64,000 nt of DNA from Ostreococcus lucimarinus (lineage: Eukaryota). The stretch's first letter is position 1. Each line of letters begins with the position of its first letter. The notes under the pieces were generated by a model. That model was not told the origin of the DNA and did not search any database. It worked only from the letters and a program-made list of their open reading frames with translations. Shown here piece after piece: positions 9,539 through 20,868 of this stretch. The position numbers and the translations under genes were made by a program. The stretch is taken from NCBI GenBank assembly GCA_000092065.1, contig CP000587.1; one strand, given 5' to 3'.

Positions 9539-10747
9539 TCACGCCGCGGGCGAGGACTTGGCGGCGCCCGCGCGGTGGTGCCCTCGAAGCTTTTGCGACA
9601 TGTCATCCGGACGCAACGGGAAATCGCTGACTTGCTCGCACGATTCCAAAAGCATCTGCGGTCGATTTTTAGCGTGAAAGATGAAGAGACTTCCCGTGAT
9701 GAAGCAAAAGTTGCGAGCGTTCTGACAGTAGCGCGCGTGGAGTAAAGCCTGAAGTCGTCCGCTTTCCATCGAGTTCGCGTCGTCCATCCAAAGGTTAAAC
9801 GGATATCGTCGCGTGCCGGCGAAAATGCACAATCCCTGCTTCCCGCCTTCGTATCGGATGAGCTGCATGACGCCGTCGTAAAGATTGGATTGCGTCGGCT
9901 GAAGATCGACTAAAATTGTCGCCTTTTCGCGCGCAGCCGCGGCGACTAGAAGTTTTTGGTAATCTCGCGCGTCGCGCGGGTTCAGAATGTCCTTCGTCAG
10001 CCCGAGATGTCCCCAGTGACGCCAGTCTTCGATGAACAATTCTCGCTCTCTCCACCAAGGCAACAATCGTCGGTAGTCCCGGCTGTACTCTAACATGCCA
10101 AACGATGCGAGAGACGCTCCGGCTGGGTCCCAGATTCCTCGAATGTTCTCAATCGCCAGCTTCTCGGCGAGCGCGAATTCACCGTGATAGAGTCTCGATC
10201 TGCCGTGCTTCGTGAAATACGGAGACTGACCAGCCAGCACGGTTTCCACGTTGACGCTGTTGCCGTTGTGATATACGTACGCGAGAACGCGTCCGTACTT
10301 ATCGAGAGAGTACTCGCGCGCGCGAGACACCGAAGTCATGAACTCGCAGGTGTCGAATTCGATGTCCACCTCGACGTCGCCGCATCGACCATCCGCCGCC
10401 GATCCCAGACGCTTCTTGAGCCAATCGAACGCCTCCACGCCCGCCGGCGTGATCGGTTTGTACGCTTGCTCCTCCTTCTTCACATCGAGCGATTCTTCGG
10501 TGTCGACGTAGATCAACCGCACGTCCACTTTCTCCCACGTCGTCGGGTCGACGCTCGACGCGTCGAGCTCGTCGCTCGGTATGCGAGACGTGGGTTCGCT
10601 GCCCACGACGAGCGAGTCTTCCCAACCGTCGCCCGTGGACGAGCGTTGCTGACCGCCGTCGGGGTTGAGAAGCACGCGGATGGTCTTACCGTCGATGACG
10701 TGCGTGACGATGCAGTTGCGAATGAAAGTTCCGTGAAAGCTGTGCAT
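9539..10747 (-). CDS. staphylococcal nuclease (SNase/thermonuclease)-like domain protein with unassigned C-terminal domain
   Basis: SNase-like blocks KTIRVLLNPDGG...VDVRLIYVDTEE...YGRVLAYVY...NVETVLAGQSPY. C-terminal 200 aa without a recognisable domain. Start set at internal Met (MHSFHGTF) to avoid overlap with the upstream gene; the ORF extends to 10825. Confidence 0.5.
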   Translation of the reverse strand: MHSFHGTFIRNCIVTHVIDGKTIRVLLNPDGGQQRSSTGDGWEDSLVVGSEPTSRIPSDELDASSVDPTTWEKVDVRLIYVDTEESLDVKKEEQAYKPITPAGVEAFDWLKKRLGSAADGRCGDVEVDIEFDTCEFMTSVSRAREYSLDKYGRVLAYVYHNGNSVNVETVLAGQSPYFTKHGRSRLYHGEFALAEKLAIENIRGIWDPAGASLASFGMLEYSRDYRRLLPWWRERELFIEDWRHWGHLGLTKDILNPRDARDYQKLLVAAAAREKATILVDLQPTQSNLYDGVMQLIRYEGGKQGLCIFAGTRRYPFNLWMDDANSMESGRLQALLHARYCQNARNFCFITGSLFIFHAKNRPQMLLESCEQVSDFPLRPDDMSQKLRGHHRAGAAKSSPAA

Positions 10748-10803
10748 GTTGGTTTCGCGTCGCGCGCGTCGCGCTGTGACGCCGTCGATATCGCGAATGA
10801 AAT

Positions 10804-10981
10804 CTAATATAACAACGAACCGCACGCGATGGCGGTGATGGCGACGGAAAAGTTATCGTCGACGATGGACGTGATCGGTAACGATTCCACGAGCGCGCAC
10901 GCGAAAGCGATGATGAGCGTGACAAAGTACGTCGTCGGCGTGGCTTCGATGAAGCCAAACGCGTCGAAATACGCCAATAAT
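10804..10981 (-). CDS. phytol kinase (VTE5-like), exon 2
   Basis: Frame-shifted C-terminal exon GLLAYFDAFGFIEATPTTYFVTLIIAFACALVESLPITSIVDDNFSVAITAIACGSLLY* resembles the VTE5 C-terminus (VESLPI..DDN.SVP). Acceptor CGCAG at 10982-10983. Confidence 0.65.
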
Positions 10982-11086
10982 CTGCGTCGGCGACGAAACG
11001 AAACGGCGCGATGTCAGTCTTCGAGATCGAGCGGACGCGCGCGCGTCGAAAGCACACCCCGACGCATCGCGAGCGATATCGCGCGC

Positions 11087-11121
11087 GAATCGCGAATCGC
11101 GAATCGCGAATCGCGAATCGC
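11087..11121. repeat. (gaatcgc)5 microsatellite inside the VTE5-like intron
   Basis: Five tandem heptamers read directly. The six-frame ORFs spanning it translate as repeated DSRFAIR. Confidence 0.8.
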
Positions 11122-11141
11122 GTTTATCAATCGAAACGCAC

Positions 11142-12010
11142 CCGCTCGCGACGCCGAATCCGCCCGCCACGAACCCCGCGCTCCCAGCGAAACTCTTCTC
11201 CTCGTTCCACGGCAGCGCGTTCCCTTTCCCGAACTTCCGCCCGACGAGATCCGCGAATCCATCACCGCCGCACATCATCGCCATCGCGACTATTCCAATC
11301 GGATTCGTCCGCCAATACGCGCTCGTGCACGCGGCGAGCACCGCCGTGTAATACAACGGCCCCTTCAACAGCTCCTCCTTCCCCCCCTCTCGGCTCACGG
11401 CCCGCACCGCGCTCGCGTTCTTAATCATCCCCGACCCTATGCCGAATAATCGCACCCCCTGCGCCAGCGGGATCGCCGCCGCGAAGAATCGCGCCGCGCC
11501 GCTCGCGCTAAACAGCGGCCACGTGCACGCGAAAAACGTCCCGCTCGTCACGTGCACCAACTTCCTCGACGTCGTCGACGCGAACGCCCCGCGATCGGCG
11601 AGCGCGTCGAATGCTTTCACCCACACGAACGCGCCGATCGTCGTGAGCGCGCTCGCGGCGACGTCGCGCGGCGTTTCGTCGACGGAGGCGACAAACTGCG
11701 CGACGGCGTCAAAGACCATCGGCGCGGACGCGCGCGCGTCGATCGCGCGACGTCGCGCGCGAGAGAGACGTCGCGCGCGCGCGCCGCGCGTCTCGCCGCG
11801 CGACGGCGCGGCGCGCGCGCGCGAGGCGCGAGTCGTCGCGCGCATGCGCGCGGGGACCGTGCGGCGCGCTTTGACGCCGCACTCACGCGCGCGCGCGCCG
11901 ACGCGACGATCGAACGCGCGCGAGGGCGTCGAACGCGATGTGCGTCGCGCGTCGAGCGCGCTCGAGCGACGCGCGAGGCGCGAGGCGAGGCGCGCGCGGA
12001 CGGTTTTCAC
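11142..12010 (-). CDS. phytol kinase (VTE5/CTP-dependent polyprenol kinase family), exon 1 with transit-peptide-like N-terminus
   Basis: R/S/A-rich N-terminus, then LLKGPLYYTAVL and MMCGGDGFADLVGRKFG. Exon ends ...GCGAGCGG | GTGCGTTTCG. The 160-nt intron contains (gaatcgc)5 and an ACTGAC branch site. Confidence 0.7.
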
Positions 12011-12102
12011 CGCCGCCGCCGACCGCGACGACCGACCGACTGACGACGAACGACGACGACGGCGACGCGACGCGCAGGTTTAAGCGACGGGACTGGAACT
12101 AC

Positions 12103-12197
12103 ATGCACGCCCGCGATGGGGACTCGTCGAGCGATTCGGATTCGGTCGAGTCCGCGGGACCGGAGGCGCGGTCGAGCGATGAAGAAGCGAGCGCGAG

Positions 12198-12228
<31 letters not shown>

Positions 12229-12840
12229 GAAGAAGCGGCGACGAACGAGGAGGCGACGTCGACGCGCGAGAGGTATGATGACGCGCGAACGATGATTGAA
12301 GACGCGTTAAAAGGAGATTCTGACGCGAAGAGCATCGCGGCGAAGTGTCGGGCGTGTCCGGGGACGCTGTTGTTGAGCGCGGCGAATATGCGCGCGCACG
12401 CGGCGAGCAAGCGACATCGAAAGAATTTGGAAAAACTCGGAAGGGCGAACGACGAGACGTTCGTGTGTTTTTATCCCGCGGTGCGCGAGGATGATGGAAT
12501 CGTGAGCGACGGGGAGGCGGAGACGCACGCTGAACGCCTGGCGCGATTGCGGGCGCAAAAAATTTTACGCTCGGCGGAGGGCGAGCGGGCAAAGGGTGGA
12601 AAGTTTTCGCTCGATCAGTTTGATTCTTCCGGTGACGAAGCCTCTGATGATGAGTCGGACGGCGATGACGACGCGAAAATGACGAAACGCTTGGCGAAGA
12701 AGGAGTTCGCGAGAAAAGTGAGCGATAGCGCGCCCAAGGAGAAGGAGAAACGTTCGAGGCGTCACGCGCAGAGCAAACGCAAATCCGGCAAGAGCAAGCC
12801 TGGGAAGAGGCAGCGCATGGCGATGAAGAGTGCGACGTGA
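12103..12840 (+). CDS. acidic, lysine-rich C2H2 (JAZ/U1-like) zinc-finger protein, nucleolar-type
   Basis: CRACPGTLLLSAANMRAHAASKRHRKNL (C-x2-C-x12-H-x5-H). Poly-D/E tracts and a KR-rich tail. Start at MHARDG (12103). The ORF extends upstream to 11938, antisense to the VTE5 5' end. Confidence 0.5.
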
Positions 12841-12989
12841 TGCAGTGTGGTAGTCTGGGCGTTGTATTAAGACAGTGATCAATTGGAATGGAGTGGCAAG
12901 TGTCGGTATCGTGCTTATCGCGTGCAGGTGTAGTGAAAGGGTCGTTCATCAATCCCGTTGACTTTGCGGCCTTCGCGGCGTAGCGAGAT

Positions 12990-13062
12990 TCACTCGGCGC
13001 CGCGGCCGACTCCATCCAGTTTCGCTTCTTGCTTTGCTATTCTTGCGTCATCGCTATCCGTC

Positions 13063-13093
<31 letters not shown>

Positions 13094-13985
13094 CGGTGAG
13101 ATCACCCGAACCCGAAGTCTTCAACAGCGAGGTGTGCCCGTCTTGTTTTGATTTGTTCTCAGCGGCGTCGCCACTGCTCGAAGGGACGGCTTCGGTGGTT
13201 TTGTCCGAACCGGTTTTGTCCGATCCACCATTCTCGCTTCCGGTCGCGCCAGATCGTCTCCACAGCAACGCCGGTCGCGGGGCATGGTTCTTCGCCGCGT
13301 ACAACCCGCACGCGTTGCACAGAGATCCGATTCCGTCCTTATCCTTCCTCCAAAACGGCGTCTCGGTCGATTTGCAGTTGACGCAAATCTTTTGCTTTTG
13401 CGCCTTGACGTTCGTCGACGCCTTGACCGTCGCCTTGCACGCGCGAATCGATTGCGTCACGCCCCCCTTTCGTCCCGCGCGACCGCCTTTCCCGCCCTTC
13501 TTGGCCCCGCCGCCGCCGCGTCCCGTGCGCGCGCTCGTCGCTTCGCCGCCGTACGCCGCCGCGCCCATCGCCGGCGTCCCGTACGCGCCGCTAAACGGTG
13601 GCGAAGCGCCCATCATCCCCGCGTACGCCTGCACGTTGTACGTCTGCGACTGCACGTACGCCACGTACGCCGCGTACGACGCCATCATGTGCGGTCCCAT
13701 GGCGGCGAGCGCGGCGTTCTGTCGTTCGTAGTACGCCGCCCCCATCGCCTCCGGCGTCATCGTCGTCATCATCTGCTGCGCGTACATCGCCTGCGTCGCC
13801 ATCCCTTCGAGCGCGATCGCGCGTTCGTCCCCTCCCGCGCCCTCGCGCGCGGCGTCCGCCGGCGTCCGGCTCGGCGCCGCATTGCCCGCGTTCGGCCCCA
13901 TCGCGTTTTCCTCGCTCGTCCCGACCCCCCCTCGCGCCTCGCCTCGCCGTCCTATCGACGTCTCGCGACGTTTACCTTCGCGCAC
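12990..13985 (-). CDS. GATA-type zinc finger transcription factor
   Basis: Canonical GATA finger CVNCKSTETPFWRKDKDGIGSLCNACGLY followed by a basic tail. Gln/Ala/Met-rich N-terminus. Start position uncertain. Confidence 0.6.
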
Positions 13986-14345
13986 CGCGCGCCGAGCTCG
14001 TTCGCGCGCCTCCTCGCGTCGTCACCGTCCCCGATCGTCGCCCGTGCGCGCCGCGATGTTATCCGCGCGCGTCCTCGCGATCGATCGCCGCGCGTCCGGC
14101 GCCCGCGCGCGCGGCGTCGATCGCGACGGCGTCGATCGCGCGCGCGCGATCCGATCGAGATCGAGATCGCGCGATCTTTGGATGGTTGGTTTTACGGGTC
14201 GCGCGCGCGCGCATTTAACGAGGTTTGAGCGGTAATAAAAAAAACGCGCGAAATCGACCGACGCGGGAAATTGGCGGGAAAAGACGCCGCAAAGCGCGCG
14301 GGCTGGCTGTTGAAGTCTAGAGTCTAGTTGAAGTCTAGCGGGCGG

Positions 14346-16643
14346 TTAAGGATGCCCGTGGAGCTCGCGCGCCGAGTCCCAGAGGGCGGTGGCGCGGAAC
14401 ACGCGCGCGCGAGCGGTGGCGAGGGCGTCGGCGGCGACGCGCGCGTCGGCGGCGTCGGCGAGACGCGCGACGAGCGCGCGAGAGGCGAGGAGTTGCGCGC
14501 GCGTCGGCGTCAACTCGGCGCGCGCCGTCGGACTCGACGGCCCGCGACGCGTGTCGGCGGAGTCGAAGTCTCGAAGTAAGCTTTCCGCTCGGGTGTGCGC
14601 GGCGAGGGCGTAGACGTCGAGCGTGCGTCGTCTGGACGCGCGCCAAATTCGCGCGAGCTCGCGCAGGTGCGAGTACGACGTGAGCTCGCGGACGTCGGCT
14701 TTGCCCAAAGCGAGCGCGTCGGCGTGTTCGGGTGGTTCGACCAACTGGAGCGTCGAAAGATATTCGGATAGCGCGCGAAGTGCTTTCGTTTCGACGCGCA
14801 AGCGCGCCGAGTGCTTGTCGCGCGAAACGACGTCGCCGTCGTACGAGTCCGTTTTGAGCGACTCTTCGTCGGCGCCGTACATCGCGACGTACTCTTCCTC
14901 GTCCTCAGTATCTGTTCCGTTCGCTGCGAAAACATCCTCTTCTTGATCCCACACATCGTCGTCTCGAGTGGGCGCGGCGTCTTCGCGGTCGGCTAGTAAA
15001 ATTGGCTCAGCCTCGACGAAGTGCGCTCGCGCCACGTCGAGAAGCTCGACGAACGGCTTGTACGTGTAATCGGCCGTAGTCGCCAGCTGTAGCATGATTT
15101 CCTGATGCTTTACAGCTCCCTCGTCGTCCGCGCCGCACACGAATCGTCTGAAATCGTCCTTGTCGACGCGAAACCGATCGTTACTCGAGCCGTCCGGCTC
15201 GACGTTCTCCTTGAAACAAAACCCGTATCGCAAGAGCAAATCTGTGTTCCCTTTGGCTCCGTACGTGATGTGCAAGAACTCGCCGGCTTTAAAATTGCGA
15301 AGCGCCTTCATCGTGACTTGCCCGTTTCCGTTGAAGCCGTCGGAAGAAACGTACGACACCTCGCGCGGTCGTTTGTGATTGGCAAAGTCCATTCCGGGAG
15401 CCATGAAGATGCCGCAAAAGTCCATTCTTCGAAACATGTCTCGCCATGGATCATTCGAAACCGGGTTCGGCGACTGAAACGAACGCGACATGACAACCGC
15501 ATACGCCCACCGAAACTCCCCCGCCGTGATTTCATTGCCCCTGGAGCCCGTTGGCCCTCGACTGGACGAGTTTCCATACGTCACCTGGGACACAATTTGA
15601 CTATACGTAAGCTCAACCGCGCGCTCGATTCGGTGACGCTCGAGAATCAGCCAACGTAAGTCGGCGTTGCACCGAGGCTCGTACCCGTACGCCGCTTTGC
15701 TTTCGCCGTATCCGAATAAATTGACGAAATAAGGCATCGGGAGGTACGCCGGAATGAAGGCTTGATACTCTTCGAGCGTCGGCAACTTGCTCAAATACTC
15801 GTAATGCGACGAACTTTTACCCTTTTTCTTCTCCAACGCGAGAAAGCAACACAACAACGTTTCATCGAGCGTCAAGTGTAACTGTTCGCTCGTCGGATCG
15901 ATGACGTACCCGTCGCCTTCAAAATCTTCCTTTTTCGCCCACGGAGCCAGCGCCCTCGCGCGACGCGTTCTTCGCCATTGTCTCAATTCCTGCCTCGACA
16001 CCAGCGTTCGCACCGCGGCCGACGACTGCACGAGAAGCCAATACCTCGCCAACTCCGCCAACGCCGGCGTTCGCGCGCACGACTGCGCGGTGATCAACTG
16101 TCGCGGTCCGCGCAACTCCAGCACCGTCTCGCCTCTCGCGGCGTCTCGCGTAAACCGCAACCCGTACCCGCGCATCTCCCTCGCCCCCGCGCGCCCCTCA
16201 TCGCGTTCACCGTCCTCGAACGCTTCCCTCGCCACCTCCAACAGCGCCTTCGCCCCTCGACGATCGTCCTCCGAGTACGCGACTCGCGCGCGAGTCGCTT
16301 CAACCGTCTCCTCAACCGTCTCCTCAACCGTCGCGTCCGCCTCCGCGCGCCGATCGCGCTCGATCGCCGCCTCCGACGCGCGCGCGCGCACCTCGATCGC
16401 GCGCGCCGATCGCGCGCGCGAGAGATCGAGCACCCATCGCGCGAACGCGTCGCGCGCGTCCGGCGCGTCGTTCGCGCCGTCATCTCCGGCGCGCGTTCGA
16501 CGCCGTTTCCTCCCGCGCGCGCGCGTCCGCGCGCCTCGCGCGCGCGCGCGCGCGTCCGAGGCGTCCGCGCCGTCGTCGCCGTCGCCGTCGTCGTCCGCGC
16601 GCGCGCGCGCGCGTCCGAAGAGTCGCGCGAGCGCGCGCATCAT
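14346..16643 (-). CDS. SET-domain protein-lysine N-methyltransferase (Rubisco LSMT / SETD3/6-like)
   Basis: SET core NHKRPREVSYVSSDG...KAGEFLHITYGAKGNTDLLLRYGFCF. Acidic C-terminal region. Start at MMRALARLFG (16643). The longer ORF (to 17381) is low-complexity. Confidence 0.75.
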   Translation of the reverse strand: MMRALARLFGRARARADDDGDGDDGADASDARARARGARTRARGRKRRRTRAGDDGANDAPDARDAFARWVLDLSRARSARAIEVRARASEAAIERDRRAEADATVEETVEETVEATRARVAYSEDDRRGAKALLEVAREAFEDGERDEGRAGAREMRGYGLRFTRDAARGETVLELRGPRQLITAQSCARTPALAELARYWLLVQSSAAVRTLVSRQELRQWRRTRRARALAPWAKKEDFEGDGYVIDPTSEQLHLTLDETLLCCFLALEKKKGKSSSHYEYLSKLPTLEEYQAFIPAYLPMPYFVNLFGYGESKAAYGYEPRCNADLRWLILERHRIERAVELTYSQIVSQVTYGNSSSRGPTGSRGNEITAGEFRWAYAVVMSRSFQSPNPVSNDPWRDMFRRMDFCGIFMAPGMDFANHKRPREVSYVSSDGFNGNGQVTMKALRNFKAGEFLHITYGAKGNTDLLLRYGFCFKENVEPDGSSNDRFRVDKDDFRRFVCGADDEGAVKHQEIMLQLATTADYTYKPFVELLDVARAHFVEAEPILLADREDAAPTRDDDVWDQEEDVFAANGTDTEDEEEYVAMYGADEESLKTDSYDGDVVSRDKHSARLRVETKALRALSEYLSTLQLVEPPEHADALALGKADVRELTSYSHLRELARIWRASRRRTLDVYALAAHTRAESLLRDFDSADTRRGPSSPTARAELTPTRAQLLASRALVARLADAADARVAADALATARARVFRATALWDSARELHGHP

Positions 16644-16910
16644 CGAATCGATTCGCTTCGCGCGTCGCACACTGCCGCGCGCCGACCGCGCCGCGCATGC
16701 TCGTGCGCCGCGGCGCGCTCGCGCGCGCCGTCGTGCTCGTCGGCGCGGCGATCCCGTGCTCGACGTTCGCGCTGAAGATGCGCGAGGACGCGGCGAAAGA
16801 TCCCGCGGAGGCGGCGCGACGACGCGACGACGACGACGGCGCGTGAGGCGCGCGCGACGACGCGACGACGACGACGACGGCGCGCGAGGCGCGCGCGAGG
16901 CGCGATCGCG

Positions 16911-18470
16911 ATGACGCGGCGCGCGCGAGGCGTCGCGGCGGCGGTCGCGCTGGCGACGCTCGGCGCGGCGGCGACGGTCGAAGAGGACGAGGGCGACGCG
17001 GCGACGCTCGCGCGAGGGACGGCGCGCGCGGCGCACGCGGCGGCGACGGTGGCGACGATGGTGGTGGACTATAAGCTCGCGAAACGCGAGACGTGGCGAA
17101 GCGAGGGCGGCGCGCACGATAGGAACGCGAAGCGGTTGCACGCGATGTGCGGCGCGAACGGAGGACTGTACGTCAAGGCTGGACAGTTCGCGTCCACCGC
17201 CGGCGGCGTGCCGGAGGCGTACGCGCGACGGTTGAGTAAGCTGCAGGATGAGGTGGCGCCGTCGCCGCGCGACGCGGTGCTGAAAGTGGTGAGGAATGAG
17301 TTCGGCGGTCGCGCGCCCGAGGCGCTGTTCGAGACGTTTGAACCCGAACCCATGGCGGCGGCGTCGTTGGCGCAAGTGCATCGCGCGGTGTTGAAGAGCG
17401 GACGGACGGTGGCGGTTAAGATCCAGCGACCAGGGCTCGAGCGGTCGATCGAGAGCGACATATCGACGATGAGCGCGCTGGTGCGCTTCACCAGGCTCTT
17501 CTTTCCGTCGTTTGATTTCGGTTTCATGGTGGACGAGTTCAAGTCAAGACTGGAAAAGGAGATCGATTTCGAAGCGGAAGGACGGAACTGCGAACGGCTC
17601 GGATTGGCGTTCGCGGACGACGCCCGCATCGACACCCCAGAGGTTTTCTGGGATTTAACCACTCGTCGCGTGTTGACGATGGAGTTCATCGACGGCGAGA
17701 AACTGACGAACATCGAAGGGATGCGCGAGAAAGGTCTCGACCCCGAGCACGCCGCGCTCGCACTGAGCGATTGTTTCGCGCGCATGCTTCTCGTGCACGG
17801 GTACATCCACGGAGATCCTCACCCTGGAAATTTGCTCTGCCGCGCGCATCCCGACGGAAGCGGGCGAACGCAAGTCGTGCTGTTGGATCACGGCTTGTAC
17901 AGCGAGCTCACGGAGGAATCGCGCAAGGCGATGTCAAATTTATGGATCGCTATCGCGGTCGGCGACAGCGTCCGCGCGGTGGCCGCCGCGAAAGCTTTGC
18001 AAGTGCCGGATGAATTCGCGTGGCTCATGCCGCTCGCGTTGGCGAGAAAGACGTCGAGCGGCGAACCGGTGGATCGACGAGTCCTCGAGAAGCAGTGGGC
18101 CGACGACAAGGCCAAAGGCGGCGCCGGGCGTCCAGGTCTCGGCGAGGCCGCGATCATCGGCAACAATTTATCGAAAGAGATGATCATCGTGTTACGAGCG
18201 AACGCGCTGGTGCGAAACGTCATCAAGGCGCTCGGTGACTCGCGCGAGAGCTCCATCGCCGCGCTCGAGATGAAGCGTCAGTGGTGCAACGTGCGCTACG
18301 CCGCGCTCGGTCTCATCGTCCCGCGCGCTCTCGGTGCGTCTTCCATCTCGCGCGGCGTCTCCACGCGGCGTAAACTTCTTTGGCGCGCGCGTTCTTTCGG
18401 CATCTTCGCGCGCGTCTCTCGGCGCGCCTTCGCTCGCGTCTTCGCGCGTCGTCGGAGCGCGCCGCCGTAG
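16911..18470 (+). CDS. ABC1/ADCK (UbiB-family) atypical kinase, likely plastid or mitochondrial ABC1K
   Basis: LAQVHRAVLKSGRTVAVKIQRPGL, and HGYIHGDPHPGNLL and LLDHGLY motifs. Divergent from the SET gene with a 267-bp shared upstream region. The 3' end may contain an unresolved intron. Confidence 0.8.
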   Translation: MTRRARGVAAAVALATLGAAATVEEDEGDAATLARGTARAAHAAATVATMVVDYKLAKRETWRSEGGAHDRNAKRLHAMCGANGGLYVKAGQFASTAGGVPEAYARRLSKLQDEVAPSPRDAVLKVVRNEFGGRAPEALFETFEPEPMAAASLAQVHRAVLKSGRTVAVKIQRPGLERSIESDISTMSALVRFTRLFFPSFDFGFMVDEFKSRLEKEIDFEAEGRNCERLGLAFADDARIDTPEVFWDLTTRRVLTMEFIDGEKLTNIEGMREKGLDPEHAALALSDCFARMLLVHGYIHGDPHPGNLLCRAHPDGSGRTQVVLLDHGLYSELTEESRKAMSNLWIAIAVGDSVRAVAAAKALQVPDEFAWLMPLALARKTSSGEPVDRRVLEKQWADDKAKGGAGRPGLGEAAIIGNNLSKEMIIVLRANALVRNVIKALGDSRESSIAALEMKRQWCNVRYAALGLIVPRALGASSISRGVSTRRKLLWRARSFGIFARVSRRAFARVFARRRSAPP

Positions 18471-18531
18471 CCCGCGTTGCAATTTTATTCTTTACGTGAC
18501 TCCCGCGCGCGCGTCTCGCCTCGGCGACGTC

Positions 18532-19401
<870 letters not shown>

Positions 19402-19577
19402 CGTCGCGCGACGCGATGCCAACGACGAAGAACTTAGAAACGCGCGCATCATGTCAATTGTATGATTTCTCTGTACACTAACCGCCTCCGCCGCGCCATC
19501 GCCGAGCGACGCCGCGACGCCCGCGCGGATAACCGCCGCGACGCCGCGTCTCGCCGCAAATCGCCGCGCGCGGTGCC

Positions 19578-20696
19578 ATGGCGAACCGCTACGGCGACGC
19601 GGGCGATGAATCTCCCATAACGTCCGCGCGCGCGAGCGATCTCGCGCGCGCGCGCGTCGACGGCGCGCGCGGCGAGAGCGCGAACGCGTTTTCACAATCT
19701 GGGGGGACAAAAGAAGATGGCCCACGCTCGCGGAAAAAACGCGCGGTGTCGCCCATCGACGCCATCTGGCAGCCCGAAGACCTCGTCGTGGGACGAAAAT
19801 CGGTCGTCCCGAAGGAGTTGTCGACGTCGATGCGCGCGCTGTCGGACATCGGGAACGCGGGCGCGGCGCCCGCGCGTGAGGCTGACGCGCCGAACGAAAT
19901 AGACGTGGAGTCGTACTTGCTCGGACAAAAGCACGCGCTGGAATCGGCGTTCGATAAATCGTTACCGCAGAGACAGTTATTGGGGGCGTTGCAGCTCGCG
20001 CTGCACGACGTGCGCGAGAAGACGAGCAAGTTGGAGGCGTCGAGTTCGGAAATCGAAGGCGCCGTTCGGCGTTCCGAGGGCGTCCAAAATCAAGTGACGG
20101 GCGACGTTCGCGCGCTGACGACGTCGACGATTCCGGCGATTGAACGTGCGATCGGCGAGCTGCGATCGCGCATGGATGCGGAGGAACGACGGAAGACGAT
20201 GTCATTGACGGCGTTGGTGAAGGAGACGGCGATGCGAACGCTCTTCGGCGTCGCTTCGCTCGAGACGGCGGTGGGGAACTTCACGCGATCCGTGCTGTTC
20301 CCTCCAATCAATGAGGGCGATGCGTCGGCGGTGGACGCGGTGGACAAGGTCGATGCGACTCCAGAGTACGCGCAAACGCTCGGCGCGATTTTTCTCGTAA
20401 CGGCGCTCGAACTCGCCTCGAGAACGAACGAGTATATTCGCTCGAGAGCACCGCCGAGCGTGCAACGGACGACGACGACGTTTACGTGGGGTTTAAATGC
20501 ATGTCGCACACTGGTGTGGGCAGCGGCTGCGATTGAATGTCTACAATTCACGAAAGTGCGCTGTCACGCGCTCGCGTCGATCGCGTACGCAGCCGCGACG
20601 GAGACGACGGACGAAGTCAAAGAAGTGAACACCAGCGACGACGACACCCCCGGCGTGCCGACAGGCGTCATCGCGCTCGCGGACGACACGAGATGA
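19578..20696 (+). CDS. hypothetical protein (coiled-coil region, no recognisable domain)
   Basis: ORF track 372 aa with ordinary amino-acid composition. No motif recognised. Confidence 0.35.
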   Translation: MANRYGDAGDESPITSARASDLARARVDGARGESANAFSQSGGTKEDGPRSRKKRAVSPIDAIWQPEDLVVGRKSVVPKELSTSMRALSDIGNAGAAPAREADAPNEIDVESYLLGQKHALESAFDKSLPQRQLLGALQLALHDVREKTSKLEASSSEIEGAVRRSEGVQNQVTGDVRALTTSTIPAIERAIGELRSRMDAEERRKTMSLTALVKETAMRTLFGVASLETAVGNFTRSVLFPPINEGDASAVDAVDKVDATPEYAQTLGAIFLVTALELASRTNEYIRSRAPPSVQRTTTTFTWGLNACRTLVWAAAAIECLQFTKVRCHALASIAYAAATETTDEVKEVNTSDDDTPGVPTGVIALADDTR

Positions 20697-20868
20697 ACAT
20701 CGCGCGATTCGCGCGCTCGACTAGCGCGCAAAAAAGAAGCATCTGTAACATAATTCTTCCCTTGGCAGCTTTACGGCGCGATAGGGGAAAGAACCCTCTC
20801 TCGCGCGCGCCGCGCGCGCTCGCACTCCACGACGCGCATTCGAGCCGCGCGCGCGCGCGGAACGTAGG

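Noticed and set aside
12104-12260. Poly-Asp/Glu and poly-Thr codon runs, e.g. (acg)n at 97-150, (gac)n at 12210-12240 and 35040-35080, as independent repeat features
   Set aside because: In-frame trinucleotide runs inside coding or low-complexity regions. They are common in GC-rich picoalgal genomes and not individually informative.
15901-16914. 337-aa and 265-aa + strand ORFs antisense to the SET-domain gene
   Set aside because: Poly-R/A/S translations with no domain. They lie on the opposite strand of a well-supported conserved CDS. This is a high-GC artefact.
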